A stretch of DNA of 64,000 nucleotides from an uncultured Dehalococcoidales bacterium (lineage in GTDB: Bacteria > Chloroflexota > Dehalococcoidia > Dehalococcoidales > UBA5760). The stretch covers positions 1,315 to 65,314 of the forward strand of contig CAYYLM010000006.1 of assembly GCA_964472625.1 (NCBI GenBank), in the 5' to 3' direction. Below are positions 28,598 through 37,611 of the stretch, in pieces (the first letter of the stretch is position 1; every line of letters starts with the position of its first letter). The notes beneath the pieces were generated by a model. The model saw nothing but the letters and a program-made list of their open reading frames with translations, searched no databases and was not told the DNA's origin. The translations under genes were made by a program, and so were the position numbers.

Positions 28598-30271
28598 TTG
28601 GTTGAGAGAATTCTTATTGGGGTAGCTTGGCCCTATGCCAATGGCGTGTTACACCTGGGGCAGATTGCGGGGGCATATCTACCGGCGGATATATTTACCC
28701 GATACCATCGCACCAAGGGTAACCAGGTTTTGATGGTATCCGGTTCTGACCAGCACGGCACCCCGATAACCCTTAAGGCGGAGAGGGAGGGGAAGAGACC
28801 GCAAGAGATAGCTAGTTTCTATCACCACGGCTTTCTGGATTCATTTAAGAAGTTTGGCATCTCTTTTGACCTATTTACCTCCACTGGTACCGCAAATCAT
28901 GCTGCGGTAGCCCAAGACTTTTTCCTGACCCTGCTTAACAGGGGTTACCTCTATAAGGACACGGTGTCACAGCCCTTCTGCCCTCGCTGTCAGCGCTTCC
29001 TGTCCGACCGCTATATTGAGGGCATCTGCCCCTACTGCCAGTCCGCCGGGGCGCGGGGTGACCAGTGCGACGACTGTGGTAAGCCGGTTAATCCCGCCGA
29101 GCTAACGAGCCCGCGTTGTTCCTTCTGTGGCACTACTCCTGAGTTTAGAGATTCGGAGCACTTCTTTTTTCGGCTCTCCGCCTTTCAGGACAGGCTTCTC
29201 GGATGGGTGCGCGAGCAGAGCCACTGGCGGCAGAATGTTCGCAACTTTACGCTGCGCTATCTGGAGGGGGAGCTCAAGGACCGGGCAATTACCCGGGATA
29301 TAGACTGGGGGGTGCCGGTGCCGGTAGCGGGATTTGAGGGTAAGCGACTTTATGTCTGGTTTGAGGCGGTGATTGGCTACCTTTCGGCGGCTAAAGAGTG
29401 GGCTCAGTCCCAGGGCAATGGGGAAGAGTGGCGTAGCTACTGGCAGGATGGCGCTGCTAGGATATATAACTTCATCGGTAAGGACAATATCGTTTTTCAT
29501 ACCATCATCTGGCCGGCGATGCTGATGGGCTACGGAGGCCTGAATCTACCCTACGATGTCCCGGCCAATGAGTTCTTAATGATTGAGGGTAGGAAGCTCT
29601 CTACCAGTCGCAACTGGGCGGTCTGGCTGCCTGATTACCTAGAGCGTTACGACCCTGACCCGCTACGCTATCTGCTGTCAGTGGCTATGCCCGAGACCAG
29701 TGATACCGATTTCTCCTGGCGTGAGTTTGTTCGGCGTAATAACGATGAGCTGGTGGCTACCTACGGGAATTTGGTGCACCGGGTACTCACCTTTACCTAC
29801 CGTAACTTCGGTGGCTGTGTCCCAGCCCCGGAAGGATTTGATAGCCGCAGCCGAGCGATTATTGACCTGGCTAAGGACACCATTGATGCTGTTGATGATC
29901 TGCTTTATCAGTGTCGTTTTCGGGAGGCGATACGAGCAGCCATGTCTTTAGCCCAGGAAACTAATCGCTACCTGGAGGAGAAGTCTCCCTGGAAAGCAAT
30001 TAAACAGGAAAAGCACACTACGGTCACTACCCTATATGTCGCCCTTATCGTCATCTCCTGCTTAAGAACGGTGCTTTATCCCTTCCTGCCCTTTAGCTCG
30101 CAGAAGCTGCATGAGTTCCTCGGTTTTGAGGGCAGCGTGGAGGATGACGGCTGGCGGCTACGTGCTCCGGAGCCGGCTCAGAAGCTGCTTCCCCCCAAGC
30201 CACTGTTTGCCAAGCTGGACGAAGGGTTGATAGCCGAGGAAGTCAGCCGTTTAGGGCAGGGTCATAATTAG
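28598..30271 (+). CDS. metG: Methionyl-tRNA synthetase
   Basis: PYANGVLHLGQ (HIGH-type), zinc knuckles CPRC/CPYC/CDDC/CSFC, KLSTSRN (KMSKS-type). TTG start. Confidence 0.9.
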   Translation: MVERILIGVAWPYANGVLHLGQIAGAYLPADIFTRYHRTKGNQVLMVSGSDQHGTPITLKAEREGKRPQEIASFYHHGFLDSFKKFGISFDLFTSTGTANHAAVAQDFFLTLLNRGYLYKDTVSQPFCPRCQRFLSDRYIEGICPYCQSAGARGDQCDDCGKPVNPAELTSPRCSFCGTTPEFRDSEHFFFRLSAFQDRLLGWVREQSHWRQNVRNFTLRYLEGELKDRAITRDIDWGVPVPVAGFEGKRLYVWFEAVIGYLSAAKEWAQSQGNGEEWRSYWQDGAARIYNFIGKDNIVFHTIIWPAMLMGYGGLNLPYDVPANEFLMIEGRKLSTSRNWAVWLPDYLERYDPDPLRYLLSVAMPETSDTDFSWREFVRRNNDELVATYGNLVHRVLTFTYRNFGGCVPAPEGFDSRSRAIIDLAKDTIDAVDDLLYQCRFREAIRAAMSLAQETNRYLEEKSPWKAIKQEKHTTVTTLYVALIVISCLRTVLYPFLPFSSQKLHEFLGFEGSVEDDGWRLRAPEPAQKLLPPKPLFAKLDEGLIAEEVSRLGQGHN

Positions 30272-30289
30272 CCGGTGGGGAGGTAACTG

Positions 30290-31258
30290 TTGTCACTAGA
30301 CACAATCTACGAGTCAGTTCGGGAAGATTTGGCTGAGGTAGAGAGGCGGCTAAGGGCGCTTACCGAGGTTAGTTGCCCCAGGTTATCTCAGCTTCTGGAG
30401 CATAGTCTGGGGAGTGGTGGCAAGCGGATTCGCCCGGCTCTGGTTCTTCTGTCAGCTAAGTTTTATAACTATGACCTTGGTCGGCTCTTACCGATGGCGG
30501 TGGCGGTTGAGGTGCTGCATACGGCGACCCTGGTTCATGACGACGCTATTGACCACTCGCCACTTCGCCGCGGGCGCCCCACGATTAACAAGGTATGGGG
30601 CGAGGATAAAGCCATCCTCCTCGGAGACTATCTCCTTGCTAAGGCCGAAGAGCTGGTTAGCGAGACTCAGAATCTGGGTGTCATCCGGCTCTTTGCCCAG
30701 GCTATTATGACTCTGGCTAGTGGCGAGCTGGCTCAAGCCTTCGGTGCCTTTAATCTGGAGCAGACCCGGGAGCAGTACTTCGCCAGGGTCTCGGCGAAGA
30801 CGGCTTCCCTGATTACTCTGGCTACCGAGTCCGGGGCTATCCTGAGTCAGGCTCCCGAGAAGATGGTTACGGCGCTTAAAGATTATGGTCAGAGTCTGGG
30901 TATCGCCTTCCAGATTGTCGATGACATTCTGGATTTTATCGGTGACGAGGCGGAGATGGGTAAGCCTACTGGTTCTGATCTCTCTGAAGGCACCCTGACC
31001 CTGCCGGCGATGATGATTCTGGAGCGCTACCCGCCTGACAACCCGATAAGGCGGCTGTTCAGTCATGAAGGTGATAAGCAGGAGAATATCAGGTTGGCGA
31101 TAGAGCTGGTGAGTAGCTCAGGGGTCCTTGAGGAGTGCTATCAGCTGGCTCTGGACTACTCCGCTCGTGCCGACACTAGCCTTGACCCGCTGCCGACAAA
31201 TCCGGCTCGGAAGTCATTAAAAGAGCTGGCTCAGTATGTGGTGGCGCGTAAGAAGTAA
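30290..31258 (+). CDS. Polyprenyl diphosphate synthase (hepta/octaprenyl type)
   Basis: First and second Asp-rich motifs LVHDDAIDHS and QIVDDILD. Confidence 0.85.
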   Translation: MSLDTIYESVREDLAEVERRLRALTEVSCPRLSQLLEHSLGSGGKRIRPALVLLSAKFYNYDLGRLLPMAVAVEVLHTATLVHDDAIDHSPLRRGRPTINKVWGEDKAILLGDYLLAKAEELVSETQNLGVIRLFAQAIMTLASGELAQAFGAFNLEQTREQYFARVSAKTASLITLATESGAILSQAPEKMVTALKDYGQSLGIAFQIVDDILDFIGDEAEMGKPTGSDLSEGTLTLPAMMILERYPPDNPIRRLFSHEGDKQENIRLAIELVSSSGVLEECYQLALDYSARADTSLDPLPTNPARKSLKELAQYVVARKK

Positions 31259-31266
31259 GATGCTCT

Positions 31267-31677
31267 TTAGCTCTGAACAGAGGTGCTGCCGTCGCGGTAG
31301 GTTTCTTTCTTTAGGGTTGGTAGTTTCTCTTTAAACTGGTCAATGACGTACTGGCAGGCAGCGAAGCCCTCCTCGCGGTGAGCCGAAGCTACCGCCACCA
31401 CTAAATTGATATCACCCACCTCTAACCTGCCGATTCTATGGCAGATAGCGATATTATTCACTGCCCATCTTCGCTTGGCGTCGCTCACTATCTGATTAAG
31501 CCTTTTTTCTGCCCTTCCTTCGGGGTTGCGGTATTCTACGGAGAGAACTGGCTTCCCTTGGGAGCTTTCCCGAATCAAGCCGACGTAGGTAACGACACAG
31601 CCACTCTTCTTAGTCTTGGCTTGATTAACGATAGCCTCGGGTGAAATAGTCTCTTCGGTAATTATCACCATGCCCAT
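31267..31677 (-). CDS. moaE: Molybdopterin synthase catalytic subunit
   Basis: MoaE-like pattern (...VGLIRE...IAICHRIGRLEVGDINLVVAVASAHREEGFAACQYVID.FK). 136 aa. Confidence 0.75.
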   Translation of the reverse strand: MGMVIITEETISPEAIVNQAKTKKSGCVVTYVGLIRESSQGKPVLSVEYRNPEGRAEKRLNQIVSDAKRRWAVNNIAICHRIGRLEVGDINLVVAVASAHREEGFAACQYVIDQFKEKLPTLKKETYRDGSTSVQS

Positions 31678-31769
31678 AGCTCTCTCACGTCCAGATAGTG
31701 GAATAAAGGCTTAGCTTTTGGAGACCAGATTTGTCGCTGGGGTGCTTAGGGAATCTACCTTGGGTAAGA

Positions 31770-33704
31770 TTAAGCATAGCCCGGGCTGGTTTCGGTGGGG
31801 GACTCAGGCAGGATGGGGGCTTCCTTAGGCACAGCCTTGGTCTTAGTCCTAGTCCTAGTCTTTACCGGCGTCGGCACCGCTTCGGCAGGGGCTACTTTGG
31901 AGGCTGGAGCGGGAGACTCGCTAAGTACTGCCTCAAGCTCGTCACCCTCCAGGGTCTCCTTGGCGATGAGCTCTCTGGCAAGCTTTATCAGTCTATCCTT
32001 GTTCTCAGTCAGAATCTTGGTGGCAACCTGAGAGGCGTGCTTAATGAGATTATGGACCTCCTCATCAATCACCTGGGCTATCTTCTCGCTGTAGTTCCTC
32101 TGCTCAGTTATTTCGCGGCCAAGGAAGACCAGCTCCTCCTTGTGCCCGAAGGTTCGTGGCCCCAGTTTATCACTCATGCCGTAGTCAGTGGTCATCTTAC
32201 GGGCAATCATGGTCGCCCGCTCGATATCGTCGGCTCCCCCGGTGGACATCTCGTTGAAGATTAGCTTCTCCGCAGTGTGGCCTGCCAGTAGGGTAGCTAG
32301 CATGTCATTGAATTGGGAGCGTGTCATCAGGTAGCGGTCCTCGGTGGGTAGCTGTCTGGTGTGCCCCAGGGATATGCCTCGGGCCACGATTGAGATTTTA
32401 TGGACTGGGTCAGCATTGGGCAGCATTTTGGCAACCAGGGCGTGCCCCGCCTCATGATAGGCGGTAATTTCCTTTTCCTTGGGGCTTATCCGCCGGCTCT
32501 TTCTCTCCGGGCCAGCGATTACCCGGTCAATAGACTCCTCAAGCTCCTGCATGGTGATAGCATCTTGGCCCCTCCGGGCGGCTAGAATAGCGGCCTCGTT
32601 AACCAGATTAGCTAGGTCAGCCCCGCTGAAACCGGCGGTTTGCTTCGCCAGTACCTCTAGATTGGCCGACTTAGCCAGAGGTTTACCATTGGCATGGACT
32701 TTAAGAATGGCGGCGCGACCATTAATGTCCGGCCGGTCGAGGATAACACGGCGGTCGAAGCGACCTGGGCGAAGTAAGGCAGGGTCAAGTATGTCTGGTC
32801 GGTTAGTAGCCGCAAGCACAATCACGTTAGTATTGGTGTCAAAACCATCCATCTCGGTAAGGATCTGGTTAAGGGTTTGTTCCCGCTCATCATGGCCGCC
32901 GCCCAGTCCGGCACCGCGGTGGCGGCCGACGGCGTCAATCTCATCGATGAAGATAAGGCAGGGGGCGTTACGCTTTGCCTGCTCAAAGAGGTCGCGCACC
33001 CGCGAGGCACCGACGCCAACAAACATCTCGACGAATTCGCTGCCGCTAATCGAGAAGAAGGGCACGCCAGCCTCACCGGCTATTGCCCGAGCCAGCAGGG
33101 TCTTCCCGGTGCCCGGCGGGCCAATCAGTAGCAGCCCTCTGGGGATACGGGCACCCAGTCTCTGAAACTTCTCCCGTGACTTGAGAAAATCCACCACTTC
33201 GTGTACTTCCTGCTTGGCTTCATCTACCCCGGCGACATCATCAAAGGTTACCGTGGGTGTCTGAGAGGCGAAAAGTCGGGCTCGGCTGCGGCCAAAGTTC
33301 ATCGCCTGGGTATTCGCTCCTTGTGCCCTGCGGAAGATGAAGAAAAGCAAGCCACCAAAGATCATGAGGGGCAGAAAATTCAGTGCTAGACTACCCCAGT
33401 TTATCCCTGACGGTTTGACCTCCCAGTCGACTCCCTCCAGATTTAGCCCCAGTTCCTGGAGGTCAACCATGCTCAGACTGCCGGCAACCGCTTTTAGCTC
33501 GGTATCATCAGTAGTGGTAATGAGTAGCTGCTCGTTATCAACGATGAGACTCTTTATCTCGCCATTCTGGGACATGGCAATGGCTTCATCGAGGCTAACC
33601 TCCTCGGGTTCGCTAGCCTGAGGCGAGAAGTAGGTGAAAAGGGCTATAGCCACGGTGAGCACAGCGATAAAGATTATCAGGTTACGATTCAGACCAAATC
33701 TCAT
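31770..33704 (-). CDS. ftsH: ATP-dependent zinc metalloprotease FtsH
   Basis: N-terminal TM helices, AAA+ [20 protein letters not shown], zinc site HEAGHALV. Confidence 0.95.
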   Translation of the reverse strand: MRFGLNRNLIIFIAVLTVAIALFTYFSPQASEPEEVSLDEAIAMSQNGEIKSLIVDNEQLLITTTDDTELKAVAGSLSMVDLQELGLNLEGVDWEVKPSGINWGSLALNFLPLMIFGGLLFFIFRRAQGANTQAMNFGRSRARLFASQTPTVTFDDVAGVDEAKQEVHEVVDFLKSREKFQRLGARIPRGLLLIGPPGTGKTLLARAIAGEAGVPFFSISGSEFVEMFVGVGASRVRDLFEQAKRNAPCLIFIDEIDAVGRHRGAGLGGGHDEREQTLNQILTEMDGFDTNTNVIVLAATNRPDILDPALLRPGRFDRRVILDRPDINGRAAILKVHANGKPLAKSANLEVLAKQTAGFSGADLANLVNEAAILAARRGQDAITMQELEESIDRVIAGPERKSRRISPKEKEITAYHEAGHALVAKMLPNADPVHKISIVARGISLGHTRQLPTEDRYLMTRSQFNDMLATLLAGHTAEKLIFNEMSTGGADDIERATMIARKMTTDYGMSDKLGPRTFGHKEELVFLGREITEQRNYSEKIAQVIDEEVHNLIKHASQVATKILTENKDRLIKLARELIAKETLEGDELEAVLSESPAPASKVAPAEAVPTPVKTRTRTKTKAVPKEAPILPESPTETSPGYA

Positions 33705-33878
33705 CCTTCACCTTCGGTGTTAGTTTTCTATCGGCTAAAACACTGCCTCCCCTACACCAGCCTAATTATACCAGAAATATTCGTAAAGGCAAACTCAGGT
33801 TTTCACTATGGGCCTATTTTGGGGGCTCTTCCCCACAAGGTAGGTATGATTAAAGCGGATCGAGTTACCCTAGAACGA

Positions 33879-34718
33879 TTATTTCCCTTTTGTTGAGCTT
33901 TGATAGGTTAGCTTAAGAAGCTGAGCGTCCTCTTCCAGGTTGGGACTTTCGCAGATTACCAGCCCCTTGACGTCGTAGTCCTTTAGTGCCTGGAGAAGCT
34001 CGGTGTACTCCAGGTCTGAGTCTTTCAGGTTCAGATGGCTTATTTCTCCCTTCTGGCCATACCTGATGCCGGAAAGGTGAATATGCATATTATCCAGAGC
34101 CGTTTGCCCCAGGCGTGCTTTAACTTGTGTCAGAATAGAGGCAAACTCCGAGTAGGAATTAGACTCTGCCGTCCGGGCGTGCCAGTGGGCAAAGTCAAGG
34201 CAGGGGGCAAGCCCCTCAAGTTCCGTGCACAGGTCAAGGATTTCTTCTATCGTTCCGAACTGGCTGGGCTTACCGGTGACCTCGGGTCTAAGCCACACCT
34301 CGTGGTGTTTACCTTTTAGCTGGTCTACTATCTCGGCTAGGTGTTTCTTGACCGTCTGGTAGGTTTTGTGGGGAGGGTCACCAAGATAAAAAGCAGCGTG
34401 GAAAACAATACTCTCCGCCCCGCACAGGGAGGCGATATGGGCTGTCTTGAGGAGCCGTTCTTTACTAGCCGCTACCTTTTCCGGCTCGCGGGCGTTAAGG
34501 TTTATGAAGTAGGGGGCGTGAGCGGAGAGCTTGATACCAGTTCTAGCCGCGGTTTCGGCAACCTGATAGGCTGCCGTCTCGCTCATCCTTACTCCTTGAA
34601 CGAACTCTAACTCCATACAGCCAAGCCCCAGCTTGTAAATCCGCTCAATGCCGGAAACGGTAGTCGCCTTGCGGGCACTATGGGGAACGCCGCCGGTGCC
34701 AAAAAGTAACCCTGCCAT
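33879..34718 (-). CDS. AP-endonuclease-2 / xylose-isomerase-like TIM-barrel protein (endonuclease IV-like)
   Basis: Pattern LSAHAPYFINL...IVFHAAFY...LRPEVTGK...DFAHWHAR...HIHLSG...VICESP, typical of the family. Confidence 0.65.
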   Translation of the reverse strand: MAGLLFGTGGVPHSARKATTVSGIERIYKLGLGCMELEFVQGVRMSETAAYQVAETAARTGIKLSAHAPYFINLNAREPEKVAASKERLLKTAHIASLCGAESIVFHAAFYLGDPPHKTYQTVKKHLAEIVDQLKGKHHEVWLRPEVTGKPSQFGTIEEILDLCTELEGLAPCLDFAHWHARTAESNSYSEFASILTQVKARLGQTALDNMHIHLSGIRYGQKGEISHLNLKDSDLEYTELLQALKDYDVKGLVICESPNLEEDAQLLKLTYQSSTKGK

Positions 34719-34824
34719 TCATTTTCCCTTGCTTACTTTTACTTTAGCCATATTATAACCTGGCATTTGTTTGGTTGACTATTAGCTATGACGTTGGCGC
34801 TAGTAGCTCACTGTTTATTAACTT

Positions 34825-34853
34825 TTGTCAGTGGGGTATTGATAAAATATAAT
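34825..34853 (+). promoter_or_regulatory. Near-consensus sigma-70 promoter with no adjacent CDS
   Basis: TTGTCA (34825-34830), exactly 17 nt, TATAAT (34848-34853). Confidence 0.5.
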
Positions 34854-34859
34854 AGTTAT

Positions 34860-34938
34860 TATACACTTATGATATAGAGTTATAGATACCCTGGTGCTTA
34901 ATGGGTTTAATTATGCCCACCAGGGGTAATTTTTATTT
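34860..34938 (+). ncRNA. Candidate ~80-nt small RNA or leader transcript (promoter-to-terminator unit)
   Basis: Bounded by the promoter above and the intrinsic terminator at 34889-34938. Lies in the largest (371 bp), AT-richest intergenic region of the window. Confidence 0.3.
34889..34938 (+). terminator. Intrinsic terminator-like hairpin plus T tract
   Basis: 8-bp GC-rich stem ccctggtg/caccaggg (34889-34896 / 34918-34925), followed by gtaatttttattt. The T tract exists only on the + strand. Confidence 0.5.
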
Positions 34939-35089
34939 GTAAGGTAGGAGCACCATTAACCACTTATAACTTTAGCCGACTGGTTTTATGGTGCTATTAT
35001 TGTAATGGCTTGCTTGGCAGCTTCTCAGATGGTGCTAAGTGAAATTGGGTGCCTTGGGGTTTGGCAGGTAAGCCGGAGAGGAGGCAAGA

Positions 35090-35458
35090 GTGGTCACTAA
35101 CTATGATATACTTCGCTCTCGTTTGGAGAGCGAGCAGAAGCGTTTAACCCATGAGTTAGAGCAGTTAAAGGCCAGTGTCCGGCCAGCCGATGAGAGACGG
35201 GAGGGCAGCCCCTTCGGTAAGAGAGAGGAAGAAGCTACCGAGGCGGCTGAATTGGAGACGCGCCTTGAGCTGGAGAAGCGTATTAGAGACCAATTGGCAG
35301 CAGTTGAGCACGCACTAGCCAAGTTTGAGCAGGGGACTTATGGCTTATGTGACAATTGCGGTAAACCTATTCCCCCAGAGCGATTAGAGGCTCTCCCCCA
35401 GGCAAGCCTGTGCTTGGAGTGTAAGGCTAGTCAGGCAAAGAATGCGAAGGGTAAGTAG
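35090..35458 (+). CDS. DksA/TraR-family C4 zinc-finger protein (YlyA-like)
   Basis: CDNCGKPIPPERLEALPQASLCLEC, with an N-terminal coiled coil. GTG start after GGAGAGGAGG. Confidence 0.8.
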   Translation: MVTNYDILRSRLESEQKRLTHELEQLKASVRPADERREGSPFGKREEEATEAAELETRLELEKRIRDQLAAVEHALAKFEQGTYGLCDNCGKPIPPERLEALPQASLCLECKASQAKNAKGK

Positions 35459-35990
35459 TTTTTGGGGTAAGAACTGGCGAACTATCGTCTTTTTCCTTGT
35501 TGCCCCGGCAATAGCAATTGGTGACCAGGCGAGCAAGGCTTGGATACGGTCCAATCTAGCGGTCGGGCAGTCATTACCTGAAGCGGGATTTCTTCGCTTG
35601 ACCCATGTCCAAAATACCGGGGCTGCCTTCGGCATATTTCAGGATCATACCTTTTCGCTGACGATAGTCAGCTTTGTTGGTGCTGCCGTTATTCTGTTCT
35701 ATACCTTCTATGTTCGCCGCCGTTTTACCTTCCTGAACAATGGGGTAAGCATGGCGGCACTGGGTGTGGTTCTCGGCGGTACGGTGGGTAACCTGATTGA
35801 CCGGCTAAGTTTGGGCTATGTTACCGACTTTATCCTGGTTGGCACCTTCCCGGCGTTTAATGTGGCTGACTCGTCAATAACCTCGGGTACTTCGGTATTC
35901 GCTGGCTTCCTGATCTATCTCCTCGTCAGGGAGAAGCAAGAAGCAAGGGGAGAACCGTCGCCTAATGACCGCGGTTCTCCCTCAGCTTAA
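35442..35990 (+). CDS. lspA: Lipoprotein signal peptidase II
   Basis: DQASK, NTGAAFG, GNLIDR, FNVADS motifs. Confidence 0.9.
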   Translation: MRRVSSFWGKNWRTIVFFLVAPAIAIGDQASKAWIRSNLAVGQSLPEAGFLRLTHVQNTGAAFGIFQDHTFSLTIVSFVGAAVILFYTFYVRRRFTFLNNGVSMAALGVVLGGTVGNLIDRLSLGYVTDFILVGTFPAFNVADSSITSGTSVFAGFLIYLLVREKQEARGEPSPNDRGSPSA

Positions 35991-36912
35991 GGAGACGGGT
36001 TTGATACCGGCTCTCAAGATAGTTAGCTTGGTGACTAGTGAGCCTGGGGTGCGTCTGGACAAATATGTGGTTGAGAAGTGTCCCGAGCTTTCCCGAACCC
36101 AGGCTCAAAAGCTGGTTAGTGACGGCCTAGTCATGGTCAACGATAAGGTGGCTAAAGCCGGCTTGAAACTCAGCGCTGGCGACAGGGTGAGGATTACACT
36201 ACCTTCCTCCACTAATGACTCTCCATCACCAGAGGCGATGCCGCTAAGCATTGTCTATGAGGATAATGACCTTTTAGTCGTTGATAAGCCAGCCGGGCTG
36301 GCAGTTCACCCGGCACCGGGTCATCCCAGCCATACCCTGATTAATGCTGTCCTGTCCCATGTTCCCCACCTGCCTGAGGCTGATGACTTTCGGCGGCCCG
36401 GGGTGGTGCACCGCCTAGATAAGGATGCCTCCGGGCTGATGGTGGTGGCTAAGAATAGGGAGGCTCAGCTAAATTTAATTAGTCAGTTCAAAGCCCGTTC
36501 CATAGTCAAGGCCTATCTGGTGCTGGCTAAAGGGCGTCTCACTCCTGATGATGGGGTGATTGAGGCACCCATCGGGCGTGACCCCCGCCATCGGAAGCGC
36601 ATGGCGGTGGTGGCTGAGGGTGAAGGCCGGGAGGCAAGAACCAACTATCATGTGGTTAAACACATCGGGGACTGTACTCTGCTTGAGGTAAGACCCGAGA
36701 CCGGGCGCACCCACCAGATTCGGGTGCACCTCTCGGCGATTGGCTACCCCGTCTTTGGCGATCGGGTCTATGGGGCTAGGTCAGAGAAGCTGCCTCGCCT
36801 CTTCCTCCACGCCTCGCGCCTGGGCTTAAAGCTGCCTTCAAGCGGCGAGTATAAAGAGTTCACCTCCAATCTGCCGCCGGACCTTGAGCGGGTGCTTGAG
36901 GACATCGGGTAG
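35965..36912 (+). CDS. rluD: RluA-family 23S rRNA pseudouridine synthase (RluD-like)
   Basis: S4 domain (RLDKYV...SRTQAQKLV), catalytic HRLDKDASG, THQIRVH. Confidence 0.9.
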   Translation: MTAVLPQLKETGLIPALKIVSLVTSEPGVRLDKYVVEKCPELSRTQAQKLVSDGLVMVNDKVAKAGLKLSAGDRVRITLPSSTNDSPSPEAMPLSIVYEDNDLLVVDKPAGLAVHPAPGHPSHTLINAVLSHVPHLPEADDFRRPGVVHRLDKDASGLMVVAKNREAQLNLISQFKARSIVKAYLVLAKGRLTPDDGVIEAPIGRDPRHRKRMAVVAEGEGREARTNYHVVKHIGDCTLLEVRPETGRTHQIRVHLSAIGYPVFGDRVYGARSEKLPRLFLHASRLGLKLPSSGEYKEFTSNLPPDLERVLEDIG

Positions 36913-36961
36913 AATCTACGCGATAGTGGGTGGTAGAATGAGGGAAAGATAGAGGCAAGAA

Positions 36962-37600
36962 GTGGATACTCAAAGGGTCTTAGAAAGGCTAGAGAGCCTG
37001 ATTAGTATAGGTGAGAAAGTTCTGTATACGCCTGGCTCAGGTAGCGACTCTGTAGATGTTGGCCTTTTTCAGCAATGGCGAACAAGTTCACTGGCTTTCT
37101 TGAATACTACATTTGGCTCTGGTAGCATCCACTATCGCGAATTTGAGGAACGTTGCAAACAGAATTGGTGTTACGAAGCTGAGTGTGGACTTGCAATTCT
37201 TCGTGCAGCAAAAGAAGATATTGAGGGTGGTTACCTTCAAAAAGTCGAGACTCTCGTTTCTGCCAGTGTCTTTACCGACTTCCTAGACATGGCAGAGCAT
37301 CTTCTGACTAATGGCTACAAAGACCCAGCAGCCTCACTTGTTGGAGCAGTTCTCGAAGATGGCTTGCGGCGAATTTGTGCTAAAAACAACCTCGCTGTGA
37401 AGTCTGATGACAACATAAGTTCTCTTAATCAAAAACTTGCTGATAAGAGTGTATATAATCGCCTTCAGCAGAGGGAAATAGAGGTTTGGAATAAGTTACG
37501 TGACTATGCTGACCACGGTCATTTTGATGAATATAAATCCGATGACGTGAAAAACATGTTGGCGGGAGTTAGCAAGTTTCTATCCGAATATTTAGTGTAG
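36962..37600 (+). CDS. HEPN-domain protein (R-x4-H), standalone
   Basis: The C-terminal helical domain ...AASLVGAVLEDGLRRIC...WNKLRDYADHG... carries RDYADH (R180-x4-H185; nt 37499-37516). Sampled lines are low GC (e.g. 21/60 at 37381-37440). GTG start. Confidence 0.55.
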   Translation: MDTQRVLERLESLISIGEKVLYTPGSGSDSVDVGLFQQWRTSSLAFLNTTFGSGSIHYREFEERCKQNWCYEAECGLAILRAAKEDIEGGYLQKVETLVSASVFTDFLDMAEHLLTNGYKDPAASLVGAVLEDGLRRICAKNNLAVKSDDNISSLNQKLADKSVYNRLQQREIEVWNKLRDYADHGHFDEYKSDDVKNMLAGVSKFLSEYLV

Positions 37601-37611
37601 AAGGGCATCGT

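Noticed and set aside
30488-31066. 192-aa minus-strand ORF antisense to the polyprenyl synthase gene. Similar long antisense or alternate-frame ORFs occur at 8587-9159, 10231-10735, 31731-32264, 32479-33165, 50619-50942, 54868-55464 and 59893-60531.
   Set aside because: Each lies entirely inside a well-supported gene on the other strand or frame. Their composition is Arg/Pro/Ser/Gly-rich and low in complexity, as is typical of shadow ORFs in GC-rich DNA. No motifs are recognisable.
34841-34872. A dif-like (XerC/D) site in the AT-rich spacer: ATAA-tagtta-TTAT with 6-bp central spacing.
   Set aside because: Only the inner ATAA/TTAT palindrome matches. The outer arms (especially the XerD arm, TTATGTnAAnT) match poorly. 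The same bases are better explained as the -10 TATAAT of the orphan promoter.
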